Shown: positions 14,790 through 26,701 of the stretch, in pieces
Numbering within the stretch: position 1 is the stretch's first letter
How the letters are laid out: each line of letters begins with the position of its first letter
DNA from: Octopus vulgaris
Lineage: Eukaryota
Direction of reading: 5' to 3'
DNA: 64,000 nucleotides
NCBI GenBank assembly: GCA_951406725.2
Contig: OX597835.1
Location: 62,001 to 126,000 of the forward strand
Made by a program: the position numbers and the translations under genes
Notes under the pieces: generated by a model
Database searches by the model: none
What the model saw: only the letters and a program-made list of their open reading frames with translations
Told to the model about the DNA's origin: nothing

Positions 14790-16820
14790 TTCAAAAAATC
14801 TCGAAGTGTGGCTTTCGTGAAAGGAAGGCAAGAAGAAGTGAAATTCAGGATAGGAAGTGAAGACATGCCAACGGTGAAAGAACAACCAGTAAAGAGTCTC
14901 GGCAGATGGTATAGAGATTTATTAAATGATAAGTAGCAAGGGAAAGAAACACACGAGTTAGTGGAACAAGGATTAAAGGCAATTGACAGAACAACGCTGC
15001 CGGGAAAATTCAAATGTTGAATACTGCAATTTGGGCTGTACCCAAGAATAATGTGGCCATTGCAAATGTACAAAATAGCCTCGAGTAGAGTAGAAAGGAT
15101 GGAGCAATGATGCAGTGTGTTTATCAGAAAATGGCCTGGTCTGCCGAAACCACTGAATACAACTGCACTATATGGAAAACCCATGCTGCAACTACTAATA
15201 ACATCAATCACCAAAGAATATAAGGCAGGAAAGGCAAGGGCAGTAATGATGCTAAGGTATTCAAAAGATCAGAGCATCCGGGAAAATCCACCAAAGGTAC
15301 GAACAGGGAAGAAATGGAAGGCGGAAGAGGCAGTAAACAGGGCGATCGGAAAACTAAAGCACGCAGATAGTCGGAGTGACACAAGAAGCTAGAACCGGCC
15401 TAGGGTCACAAAATTTCAGGCCATTTTGCAAGAGCAGTGTAAAAGAGATGAAAGAGGCAGTGGTATACGAAGTGAGAAAGGAGGAAGAAGAAAGGCGAAA
15501 TGTACATTTGGTGCAATGCAGTCAACAGGGACAGTGCCTGAGATGGGAGGAATATGTGATCAACCGCAGAATATCATGGAAGGAACTTTGGGCTTGGGAA
15601 CAAGCAAGGACATCCTTCCTGATCAAGTCTACCTTCGACGTTCTACCCTCACCAGCGAACTTAGTCCGGTGGAACATAAACAAAACCGATGAGTGTAGAT
15701 GCGGAGAGAAAGCAATGGTTAGACATGTTCTGTCAGGTTGCAGACTAGCACTTGAAAGATATACATGGCGGCATAATCAAGTCCTCGGTGTCATAAGCGC
15801 AGCACTCAAGGAGAAGATTGAGAGGTACAATAAGGGAGAGTACCCAAAAGTAGAAAAGCGCAGGAAAGTATACTTCCACAAGGAGGGAAAAGGTTATAAA
15901 ACCAGGCCTACAAGTAAAGTATACGAGATAGACGAAAGATGGAAGGGATACTGGGAGCTGGCCACAGACTTGGAAAGACAAGTAGTATTTCCACTAATAA
16001 AAACAACAAAAAGACCGGATTTAGTTCAATGGAACAGAGACCGGAAAATGGGAATTTTACTAGAACTGACAGTACCTTGGGAAGAGAACATCGGCAATGC
16101 AGAGGAACGAAAGGAGAAGAGGTATGAAAAGCTAATCGAAGAATGCAGAGAACAGGGATGGAATGTCGAATATTATCAGTGGGGGCTAGAGGCTTCATTG
16201 AAAAGAAAATGACAACGCTTTTCAAAAGAAGATTTGTTTTTTCTAGCCCCGAGCTGCATAAACTAATAAGGAGAGTACAGGAGGCGGTTGAAAAAGCCAG
16301 CTTCTATATATGGCTTAAGCGGGAAGACCGAAAATGGCTTGAAAGTCATAAACACGCCGACGGGAAATAATATCATTAGGTGAGACAAGCTGACTGAATC
16401 AGCTTCACTGACTGACAGGTGACGGTCATTTAGAAAAAGAGCAGGCTAAAACTACCCGCCTTCACTAGTCAGTTAAGGTGAGACAGTGTCACGTGACAAC
16501 TTGCTGGGGCTGTCTGCAGGAGCCTATGTGGCAGGTATTTAAAGGGAGAAATTTGACAAGACAGTCAGTCACTGGCTGACACTCGCTGACGATACATTGA
16601 AGAGGCCAGGGAACAGAAGAAAGAAGAAGAAAGAAGACATGCACCCAACACCAGAGCTGAAGACACCTCCGAAAGTGGGGGGGGACCGCCACGTCAAAAC
16701 GGTAGAGGAGTAGGGGCCGAAACCGGACGTGGTTCCTCCTGATGATGTCTTGAGCTAACTGGATCCTATAAAGGAGCTGTTGTGGTAGCAGACCATGAAA
16801 CACGGTTGTAACTCCTGATG
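14790..16820 (+). mobile_element. Degenerate 5'-truncated RLE-type (R2 group, Hero-like) non-LTR retrotransposon
   Basis: FLIKSTFDVLPSPANLVRW, zinc knuckle CRCGEKAMVRHVLSGC, YTWRHNQVL, restriction-like endonuclease RPDL...ELTVPWEENI...K..RY; internal stops and frameshifts. Confidence 0.85.
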
Positions 16821-18013
16821 GGCTTCTTTCAGTTTCTGTCTACCAAATCCACTTACAAGGCTTTGGTCGGCCCGAGGTTATAGTAGAAGACACTTGCCCA
16901 AGGTGCCACCCAGTGGGGCTGAACCTGGAACCATGTGGTTGGTAAGCAAGCTACTTATCACACAACCACTCCTGTGTCTTAGCTGTTGAAATGATGCATT
17001 ATGGAATTCCACATTATGACAAGATTTTCAGGAACACAATGCTTCAGTAATCTGTGGGTTTCCATTTTAGATTTTCTCTCAAAATGTAAAACCATTATTA
17101 GATTTGGACCGCTGTTTCTTGAATGATTCATCTAATCCTTTACTTGCTTCACTAATTTCCTCTACATTCAGAGATGAGAACTCCAGTGTTGCAGTGTGGT
17201 TGCATGACCTGCTAGAAGTAGCTGTCAAATCTCCATCTCATCACATCTTACAATTTACAAAACAAGAACAACACATTAAACAATACAGGCCAACAAAAAT
17301 TATGCCTGAATTAAAAATGGGACAGCCATGGCTGGAATATCTTGGAGCATAAATCAAAAGTAATTATTTGTTGGTGGACTTAATCATTGCTAGATTGAAC
17401 GTCATCACCTAGTTTCTGGAGACCCTCATGCTCTGTAACTAGAGAATATCAAATTGACAGAATCCATTCCTCTAGAAATTAAATCCACGGGAAGAGATGA
17501 AACCCTGGTTTCTTTAAAATCTTGCAAAATATTTAATTTGACAGTGCTTCCAATGCTGCTTCTGGAAATGAATTTTACATTTTTACATTACCTACCTGCC
17601 CTAGATACATATATGGAGGACTGGGCTTTTAAGAGCCTTGGCCACCAATATGAATTCTCCAATATATTTTAAAATAAAAATTAAATAAAATTTCAGACCA
17701 AATCTTTTAACATTTTCCATTTTATTCCCACACAAACACACACACTTGTTTCAATGTATCATCATCATTATAATGTCTGCTTCTCCATGCTTCCATGAGT
17801 TCAATGGGATTCATTGAGACAAAGTTTCTATGGCTGGATGCCTTTCAAATGCTTAACTCTCACCTGTCTCCGAGCAAGGTAATAATTTCTCCATGATCAG
17901 ACATGTTTTCACAGAAGACTGGAAATGAAAGACACCACCTGTATGACAATGCTATTTACAACTGTCATGTGTCATCGGGAGAAGGTTACACACACACGTA
18001 TAATGTCTGTGAT

Positions 18014-18337
18014 TCAAAAATCATAACATTTCTTCAAGATGTCTACTACAATGTTCATATCCATTTTTGTCACAATCCGAACATTGCTTGCTTTGCCCAT
18101 TCTGTTTCTCCAGTCTGGTACCATTTGACCTCTTGTTATAGATCCATCTAGTTCTACTTCCGCATAAAGTTCCACACTGTCTAACACACACTGATCGTTC
18201 ATGATAGCAGCCACAGTTAGTTCATCACACAATATATAGCTTTGGTCTTTGTCTATCCGTTCCATTGTACTTTTGTAGATTTTTTGCATAAAGGCAGCTA
18301 TCTTGCCAGGAAGTGATAGCTGATTCTTAAGAAAAGA
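18014..18337 (-). CDS. Nucleoside hydrolase terminal exon, distal duplicated copy B (312-aa alternative isoform)
   Basis: ttttttttcag|TCT TTT CTT AAG...TGA; SFLKNQLSLPGK...LCDELTVAAI...VELDGSITRGQMVPDW...CYDF*; intact, phase 0; minus-strand AATAAA at 17721-17726. Confidence 0.75.
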   Translation of the reverse strand, partial: SFLKNQLSLPGKIAAFMQKIYKSTMERIDKDQSYILCDELTVAAIMNDQCVLDSVELYAEVELDGSITRGQMVPDWRNRMGKASNVRIVTKMDMNIVVDILKKCYDF

Positions 18338-18683
18338 CTGAAAAAAAAATTCGAAAGAGATAACAGAAATGAGCTTCTTTGCATGAAGTGCACTACAAGC
18401 GGTCAAGAAAGAGTAAAAGAGAGGACTGAGGGCAGCCATGAGTCAAAGACAGCAAAGAAAGTAACAAATACATGGTTTGCACACAAGATACAACACAAAA
18501 AGCCTGAAAAATAAACAGTAAAAAAGCCATAAAAAGAAAGGGTATATGGGTATGTCAGGAGTAGTGTTGGTGAATTTTGGGAAGCATGGAATCTTTGAGG
18601 GTTGTGTAGTGTCCTGACAGCTTTCATAATTCTGAGTGTATAGAAATTTTTTCATAAGTCATAAATGCTAAAATGATTTTCAT

Positions 18684-18724
<41 letters not shown>

Positions 18725-18725
<1 letters not shown>

Positions 18726-20300
18726 TAGCAATGCATCCCGGTGTTGCCTGGATGTTATGACTTACAGCCACATTGTATTATTTGTTTCTTTCTTATGGGC
18801 AGAATCAGCACTCAAGGAATGTGAAACAAACAACTCTTCTTTATAAACTTGTTTTTCGGTCATTTTGTGAAGAACAATGCTGAAATTGTTGACACCAAAA
18901 ACATGTAGAATGGCAGCTTAAATTAGAATGAAATCCTAATATTGCCCTCAAAATGACCTACACTTACGGATTTAAAGAATTGGATGACGTATGAGGATGT
19001 ATAGGTATCTGCATTGCAGAAAGTAAGGTACATGGAAAGAAAGCTGCTTCATTGTGAAAAGCATCATCTCTAATGTTTGGGCAGACAGCACACTTCAACA
19101 TGTGTTAAGTGAAATGCTTCTGGGTAAACTATGTTTTGCATAAGCCAAGTATTGAGAGAATAAATGAACAAGTCATCTGCACTGCTAACTTGTGAGCATG
19201 TGACATATAGTTGTCCATGAGAAAAGCAGGGTAGTTGTAAATTGAGACCCATAATTTTTAAAGTTTGATCCTGGGCTTTGTTGATTGTCATAGCGAAGCA
19301 TAATCGCGCCAGGAACTGGAGGCACTTGAACTGAAATGGCACATTTGAAGGAATGAGGAGCATGCATGGAATGTATGCAATCTCTTCTCGATGACAGCCA
19401 GCAATAATGGTTGCTTGTAGGACATGACTTGTCATTGGAGATACAGTCAATCTTGTACCATTGCATAGTTGTGGTGGATCGAAATTCCTCAAGAGCATGA
19501 TAGGTGCACCTTTCTTTAGGAACAACTAATGCAGTGGCAGTCCTGTGGGTTGTAGAGAGAGAGAAATTCAACTGGATGCTCAACAGTGGCATGTTCATTT
19601 ATGGTAGTATCAATGGAAACAAACGTTGAAGCATCTCCAGGTAGAATGTGGGGGAGTTCATGGATTATTTTATCAATGCTTTCATTTCAAGGTGTTAAAA
19701 TAGCTCTATTTGTGAACCATGCTATGTTTTTGAAGTTGTGTTGCAATGTGAGAAATACATTTTCTTTAAGCTCAGCCAATGTAGACACCATGTGCCCATA
19801 TTGCAGCACATGCTGTTGCAAGATGTTATTCAATGGTAAGGCACCAATTCAAATTTGTCTATGTTGATGAAAGAATTCCTCAGCTAAGGGGTCATTGTAG
19901 AGGTGAGCTCACATATTGCTGCTTAATGAAAGCTGACAAACAAACCTCCACAGAGGTGAAAACTTCAGACACACATGGATGCCATCAGCTCGTGTACCCT
20001 GTAGTATGACTGGTAATATTTGAAGAAATCCCCTGCAAGAACAACAGTTAAGCTCCCCACCCCTATAATGGCAGTATTGTTTCTAATATCCCTTAGCGGC
20101 TTATCTAGGGCTTCTAGTGCATCATGGTGTGCCATTATGCATTCATCCCAGTCAATAAGTGTAATTTAGAGCAAAATCTCTGCCGTCAGTGATCGTTTTG
20201 AAATATTACATATTTGGGCATCGCTGAAGTGAGTTTTCCTGAGCACAAATAGAGGCAGTTTTCTTTGTGGCCCTTGTTTGAGGAGATAAATGAGAATGTC
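18725..20300 (-). mobile_element. Helitron remnant with pseudogenised PIF1-like helicase
   Basis: Motifs WDEC.MAH, LAGDF..QILPVI, RAILTP, GAPIMLLRN...LCNGTRL, FAMTINKAQ.QTL, FSHGQLYV; 3' hairpin and CTAG|T at 18725-18753. 5' end not located. Confidence 0.85.
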
Positions 20301-22304
20301 TTCATTTTGGCAGCATGGCTGAAAAGAGTGAACAATTAAGGAACATATAAAATGGAAGACATAGCAATTTGAAGTTGTGCATTGTATAATTTGATTTTTT
20401 AGTAACAAATGAAAAGATATGCAAAAATTAATATGTCAATTTGTATGCTGCTATTTATGAGAAGAAGCGGTAAACTGTGAATGATCTGGCTTTACTCTGT
20501 CTTGATAAGCATAATGCATTCTGTTAGTTGATATATAGTGGAGTGGATTACTGGCTTAATGGAAGTTATTGTTTGTCCAGAAGTGAAGTGGGGGCGGGGA
20601 GGGTTACAATTTGCATGAAAGTGATTTGTGTTCTCAAGAAGGATCACAAACTATGTATTGTTTCATGGAGTAAAAAGGGGTTAATATGATTTTGGCCAGA
20701 AATCATGTTTTCAAAATTATAATTTCCCCCCTCCCCATCGAAATTTCCTAATTTTGAACTGTTTTTCGAATTTTGTTTTTTTATGCAAGTGATAAAATAC
20801 AGAGATTACGAATGTGGGAAATATAATTTGTTTTTGAAAATTTAATTTTTCTGAAAGAAATATTAAATGCCCCTTCCCCTACCTCGGTCACCCATCAGCT
20901 ACCTGCTTTCAGGCAAAATTGAAATCTCCTGTATGGAAAACAGAAATGTAGGTAAATTGAAGAAAGAAATAAGTAAGTGGTGGTGGGGGTGGGGGTATGC
21001 AAATGTCATCTCAGACATGCTAGAAACAACAGGTAAAGGACAGGATTTCTGAGATAACTTGCTTGTATGTTTAAATGGAAAATCAGGTTTTGGAATATGC
21101 ACATCACAAACAGGAATGATAGAATAGGAAAAGGTAATTTCCATAGAATTTGAGCTGTAATTTATTGCACAGCAAAAAATAACATAATTCATACAGAACT
21201 TTAACTGTGTGCCAAAGGAAGTTACTTTTGCATACCTTTTGTAATTCTAAAGGAAGAAAAAGTAGTGTAGTTGTAATATGTTAACAGCAGAAGGTCTCCG
21301 TACATTTTAATGAGAAATTGAAAGACAAAGATAATGCCAAATTCTATGCATGTGGGAAACATAGGACGAAAGTGAAAATGACCTTAAAATTGTACGACAT
21401 GACCTCATTTCTGGGGGTTTGGCTACTCCTTTTCTCCTGCTTTCCCCCTCTCTTTGTGTCGCTTTCTTTCACCTTCACCTATAGAACATACAGTATCAAT
21501 TTTGTGCTGGCTTTCTTTCACTTACAACAATAGAACATACATAGGGTATGAAACACCAGCATCTCCCTTTCACCCATCTTTCAACTTCTATAGAAACTTG
21601 TTTCCTGTCTCTGTTTCTTTCTCTTGTGTCTCTATCTTTTTCTCATTCTGTGTTTCACTTGGTCATTCTGTAAAAATTAATTTCTTTAAGCTTGAAGAGA
21701 GCAGAAATTGAAAGAAAAGCGAAAGTGAAAAGGGGAGAGAGAGAGCAGAGAGTGGAGGAAATGAGAAGGTGAAAGATGTATGTACATGTATATGAAATGG
21801 ATGTGTGTGTGTGTGTGTGTGTGTACGAGAAAGAGAGAGAGATAGAGTGAGTGAATGGAGGTGTGTGTCGTAATGATGGATGCCTTTTAAGGTAGACACT
21901 CATATAGAAAATGTGACGTCATCGTCGTTGTATAAAATATTTCCGATATTTGAGTTATGGAAAAGATTATAATTTTAAGTTTTTGTAATGGAAATATGTC
22001 AATGAACATAAAGTTTAGTTGGTAGTGGAAATAGTACTGAATCTTTTGATACCCCATACATCAAAATTGGCAACTCGGTTTTAGAATGCATAAGGAACAT
22101 ATGCACACACACACACACACTTGTTTCAATGTATCAACATCATCATCATCATAAAGTTCACTCTTCCATGCTTGCATCAGAACAATGAGATTCATGTTTT
22201 CCCAGAAAACTGGAAATGTAAGAGACCATTTGTATGACAATGTCATTGTATATAACCGTCACGTGACATCAGAAGGGTATGCATGCATGTATAGTGTTTG
22301 TGGT

Positions 22305-22631
22305 TTAAAAATCATAACATTTCTTCAAGATGTCTACCACAATGTTCAGATCCATTTTTGTCACAATCTGAACATTACTTGGCTTGCCTGTTATGTTTGT
22401 CCAATCTGGTACCATTTGACCTCTTGTTTTAGATCCATTCAGTTCTACTTCTGCATAAAGTTCCACACTGTCTAACACACACTGATCGTTCATGATAGCT
22501 GCCATAGCTAGTTCATCACACATTACTGCATAACGTTGGCGTGCCTCTGCCTGTTTCATTGCATTTTTGAAGACTTTTTGCATAAGAGCAGTTTTCTTGC
22601 CAGGATGAATTAGCAGCTTTTCAAAAAAAGA
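22305..22631 (-). CDS. Nucleoside hydrolase terminal exon, proximal copy A (313-aa protein)
   Basis: ttctttttatag|TCT TTT TTT GAA...TAA; SFFEKLLIHPGKK...MCDELAMAAI...VELNGSKTRGQMVPDW...CYDF*; phase 0, open for 108 codons plus stop. Confidence 0.9.
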   Translation of the reverse strand, partial: SFFEKLLIHPGKKTALMQKVFKNAMKQAEARQRYAVMCDELAMAAIMNDQCVLDSVELYAEVELNGSKTRGQMVPDWTNITGKPSNVQIVTKMDLNIVVDILKKCYDF

Positions 22632-22942
22632 CTATAAAAAGAAAATTCAAATACGATAATAGAAATGAGATTTTTGTACAAAGCGGTTGTAAAAAAGGGT
22701 AAAAGAGGGGAGAGAAAGTAGTCATAAGCAAAAAGAAAGAAAAACAGCAATGGAAGTGAGAAATACAGGGAAAGCACACAGGATAAAACATGAGACGGAG
22801 AAGTAAACAGTAAAAAAGCCATAAAAAGGTAAGGGTATATGGGCATGTCAGGAGTAGTGTTGGTGAATTTTGGGAAGTATGGAATATTTAAAGGATGTAG
22901 TGTTTTGTCAGCTATCAACAGACATAAGGAGTATATTCTATA

Positions 22943-23757
22943 CATGATCTGATCAAAAAGTATCTGGACTGTTGCCATAGTAACAAAGCTAAAGCACACA
23001 GAGTGAAGCCGCTTGGTACAGATTAACCTTGAACTCTGCAGTGCATGTGCACCAAATTTTAACATTCTCGATGACTTCCATTGTTTACAGCAGTGCTTGG
23101 AAGGAAGGTGTGTAGGATGTGAAAGTTAAGCAGAGAATCTGCATCAAATTTTGCCAAAAGTTTTCATCATTCTCAGCAGAATCAAGGAGATCTTGTGCAA
23201 CTGAAACCCAAATGTCTTTTTGGTCAGCTGAAAGTAGTTGTAGCACAAACTTGGCAGACACACGTCTCATACTCAAATCTTCATTGATAATGGACTGAAA
23301 TGAACCATAAATAATCTGCACATCCTCTGATAACTCACGGATGGTGATTTGACAATTTCCCCTCACAGCGACACACACATCTGCAACATTTTTCTCAGTT
23401 CTGCTGGTTGCAGGTCTCCCAGAGCATTCATCAATATCAACATTTTTTCAGCCATCTTGGAAACGTCTGAACCACTTGTACACTTGTGTGCAACTCATAC
23501 GCTTTCTACAACTTTGTGTAGACCTCTGAGCAGGTATTGCCATGTCAATTTTCTTTGTCATGGTCAATGTGACGAACACACGCTACATACCTTCCTTCCA
23601 AGCACTGCTGTAAGCAGCAGAAGTGAGTGAGAACATCAAAACTCAGTGCTCATATGCACAGCAGAATTCAAGGTCAATCTTTGCCATGCAGCTTCACTCT
23701 GCATGCTTTAGCTTCATTACTATGGCAACAGTCTGGATACTTGCTCATCAGACCTTG
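22943..23757. mobile_element. Internally deleted mariner derivative with ~180-bp inverted arms and TA target duplication
   Basis: TA|CATGATCTGATCAAAAAGTATC ... GATACTTGCTCATCAGACCTTG|TA; minus-strand remnant TIRELSE...LSMRRVSAKFVLQLLSADQK. Confidence 0.8.
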
Positions 23758-24039
23758 TATATGCTGAAATGATTTTTTTTTTTCTAAGTGTGTCTAAGGG
23801 TGGTAGAGGTATAGACTTCATAGGAATGGTCTGAGTTGGATCCTTTAGGAATGAATCTGGTATGGCTGCATGGTTGAGAAATTCACTCATCGTCTACTTA
23901 CAAGGACAAAGTATTGGTCATCTGAAGTCTGTGGTGGAAGGTTTTTGCCTGAGATGCCCTGCAGTAGAACTGAAGCTAATTGACAACCACACCAACAGAT
24001 CCGTTTCCATTATTTGATTCCTGAATTTCTGATACTTAC

Positions 24040-24176
24040 TGAAGGTTGCTTTAAATCTTCGCATAGTTCCCATGTTATCAGTGTTATTGGACAAGAAAGT
24101 TTCTTAAGAACAATGCTTGCTGCTTCCGGGTCATTGTAAAAGTTGAACTCAGCACTTCTTGATATGTTGCCAACTC
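24040..24176 (-). CDS. Nucleoside hydrolase coding exon 5 (absent from the ORF track)
   Basis: atattccag|GA GTT GGC AAC...CCT TCA|gtaagt; [46 protein letters not shown] (GN..AEFN..DPEAA motif); ends phase 0. Confidence 0.95.
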
Positions 24177-25444
24177 CTGGAATATATATGACAGAAGAAA
24201 AAAACGTCTGTTTAAGTCACTTCATAGCTTTTAGTCACTTTGTAGAGTTTTCATTTTAGATTTATAGCCTGCAAAATGGTTTGGTTATTCCACATCCATT
24301 TTCACAATATATCTTGAGTGGGAAGGTTTTATTATATTTGGATATCATTGAAATAATTATGTGAGTATAATTACAAAGCACAAAGAAGTGTTGTGTGTGC
24401 AGTTGAGAAAGGTGTTGTCTTGATACATAATTATAATAATAGCAATAATGAGCATATGCTATACAGTGCTCAGATGCACAACTCATCAGGAAAATAGTAA
24501 AAGAAGGAACAGAAAGAAATGTCTAAGTCAAGAAAAAGAGCTATGACAGCCAAAATCGCATGCATAGTACATAGACACATGTAGTGAACAGTAAAAGGAC
24601 GATAAAGAGGAAAGGATGCACATCAGGAACTGTGTTGGTGAATTTCAGGAAGCAAGATATATTTGAAGGATGCAGTGTTGTGACGTAAGAACTGATCCAT
24701 GATTCAACAATTCTGTGTGTGAACTCTACACATAATTACAACTGATGTTATAACATGGTTTTTCTAATATTCCTGTAATGAAATTGATGCATATACTTCA
24801 CCCTACTTAAAATACCAACATGTCACAATCAAATGAAGAAATCCCTACATGTCATAGGCCATCTGAGGGAATCAGCTTTCTAGAAATAGCAGCCAAGTTG
24901 TTTTCAAATCAGACCTTATTGTTTTGAAAGGGACACATTGGTCTTGGGTGCCCAGTGTCTGGGAAACAAAAGTGATGGTCACAAGACACTTTTAATCATA
25001 TGCATGTTTTATCAGTGCTTTTTTGAGGCAGAAAAATTTAACATAACGTTTAGGCACAGGTGTGACTGTGTGGTAAGAAGCTTGTTTCCCAACCACAAGG
25101 TTTCCAACCACATGGTTTCGAGTTCATTCCCACTACATGGCACCTTGGACTATAACCTCAAGCTGTCTAAAGCCTTGTGAGTAGATTTGGTAGATGGAAA
25201 CTGTTCCCCATCACTGCTTGAGAATCAACAGAATAAGTACCAGACTTTAAAAAAATATGATTCATTCAACCAAAATTCTTCAAGGTGGTGTTCCAGGATG
25301 GCCACAATCTAATGACTGAAACAAGTAAAAGATAAAAGATAACAAAATGAATATAAAATACAGAATTAAGGTGAATTAAAATAAGGTAAATAAAAAAAGA
25401 AAAGAAAAATATGAAAGTAAGATTGAAAACAAATGAAAGATTAC

Positions 25445-25561
25445 CTTTATAATTTCCGCCCATTATATAGCAACTCTTGAGCTTTGAACCAAAATCTGGA
25501 TCTAAGGTAATTGCAGTGGCTATATTAGTAAGAGGAGCTAAGGAAACAAGATGTAACTCCC
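25445..25561 (-). CDS. Nucleoside hydrolase coding exon 4
   Basis: cttttcag|GG GAG TTA...TAT AAA G|gtaatc; GELHLVSLAPLTNIATAITLDPDFGSKLKSCYIMGGNYK (PLTN and IMGG motifs); 117 nt. Confidence 0.95.
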
Positions 25562-25889
25562 CTGAAAAGTAAAAAATGCAAAATCTGTATATTTTAGTAC
25601 AAACACATGAAGCAGCAGCAGTCACATATTTAAGATGTGTACAGTTTAGTTTTTTAATATATTTCTGATAGAATGTAGAAGGCAATCACTGTGCAGCGGA
25701 ATCTTGTTTGGGAAAAATTTTCTTTCAATAGATTTTGTGTGTGTGTGTGTGTGGTGTTTTACACACACACACACACATTGAGGTGAAGTTCAAGAAATGT
25801 TAAGTGAATACAGAGAAATTTTGCAGTGAACATTTTTAATGTTCTAGAGTAAAGAAGCAGACACATATACATATACATATAGATATAAT

Positions 25890-26070
25890 CATCATCCTCG
25901 TCATTTAACATCCACTTTCTATGCTGACATGAGTTGGGCAATTTGACTGGATCTGGTGAGCCACAAGGCTACAATGGGCTCCAATGTCAGCTTTTGGCAG
26001 TTTTTACAGTTTGATGCCCTTCCTAACACCAACCACTTTACAGAGTGTGTTGAGTGCTTTTTGTGTGTGT
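25890..26070 (-). mobile_element. Repeat family C with RTE-type (GAT)n tail. Other copies approx.: 52761-53110(+), 53745-54165(-), 55500-55720(-), 60628-60878(-), 62390-62515(+), and in both hydrolase 3'UTRs
   Basis: GGTTGGCGTTAGGAAGGGCATCCAG...CCAACCCATGCTAGCATGGAAAACGGACATTAAACGATGATGATG consensus seen repeatedly. Confidence 0.75.
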
Positions 26071-26701
26071 GAATGTACCAAGTAACTTGCAAGACAGAAG
26101 AACAAGGAGAGGAAAAGAAAAAAAAACTCACACTGCTAAATGGGGCGTATTTGAGAGGGGATTGAGGGACAAGCACAGGCATCTTGCTATAAAGGAGATA
26201 GATGGCTAACCTCTGTTATATAGGGAGGTGGATGGGAATAGTAGAGGAGATAAAAGGAAAGTAGTGATGGAGTGCCAAAGCAAACTCTCCAGCTACAAGG
26301 TGACCATAAGAGAAAATATGAAAAAGATCATTAACAATTAGTTGTTTGCTTATAAGCAATGTGGTTTAGAGTGTTTTAATTTGGATTTTGAACTATAAAG
26401 AAAAATATCAAAAACAAGTTTTCTTGTTATCAATGAACTTTGGAACATTAGCTATCACTACCTGCTTATTGATAGTGAACTGGTACAGAATTGTTACCAA
26501 GTCAGGCAAAATTCTTAGCTGCATTTCGTTCATCGTCAGGTTCTGAGGTCAACTTTGCCTTCCATCAATAAAATGAGTACCAGTTGAGTACTAGGATTGA
26601 TTTAATCAAGTTAGCCCCCTCCCCTGGAATTGCTGACCTTGTGCTACAATTTGAAACTGATATTGAACTTCAGTGAGATTTTCTGATTAAGTTTTATATT
26701 A

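Noticed and set aside
19070-19525. PIF1 helicase as a host gene
   Set aside because: Intronless, stop- and frameshift-riddled and bounded by a Helitron 3' terminus.
24480-24700. Apparent third copy of the sequence upstream of the duplicated terminal exons
   Set aside because: Resembles an old CR1 3'-end remnant (compare 35075-35180); no third terminal exon follows.
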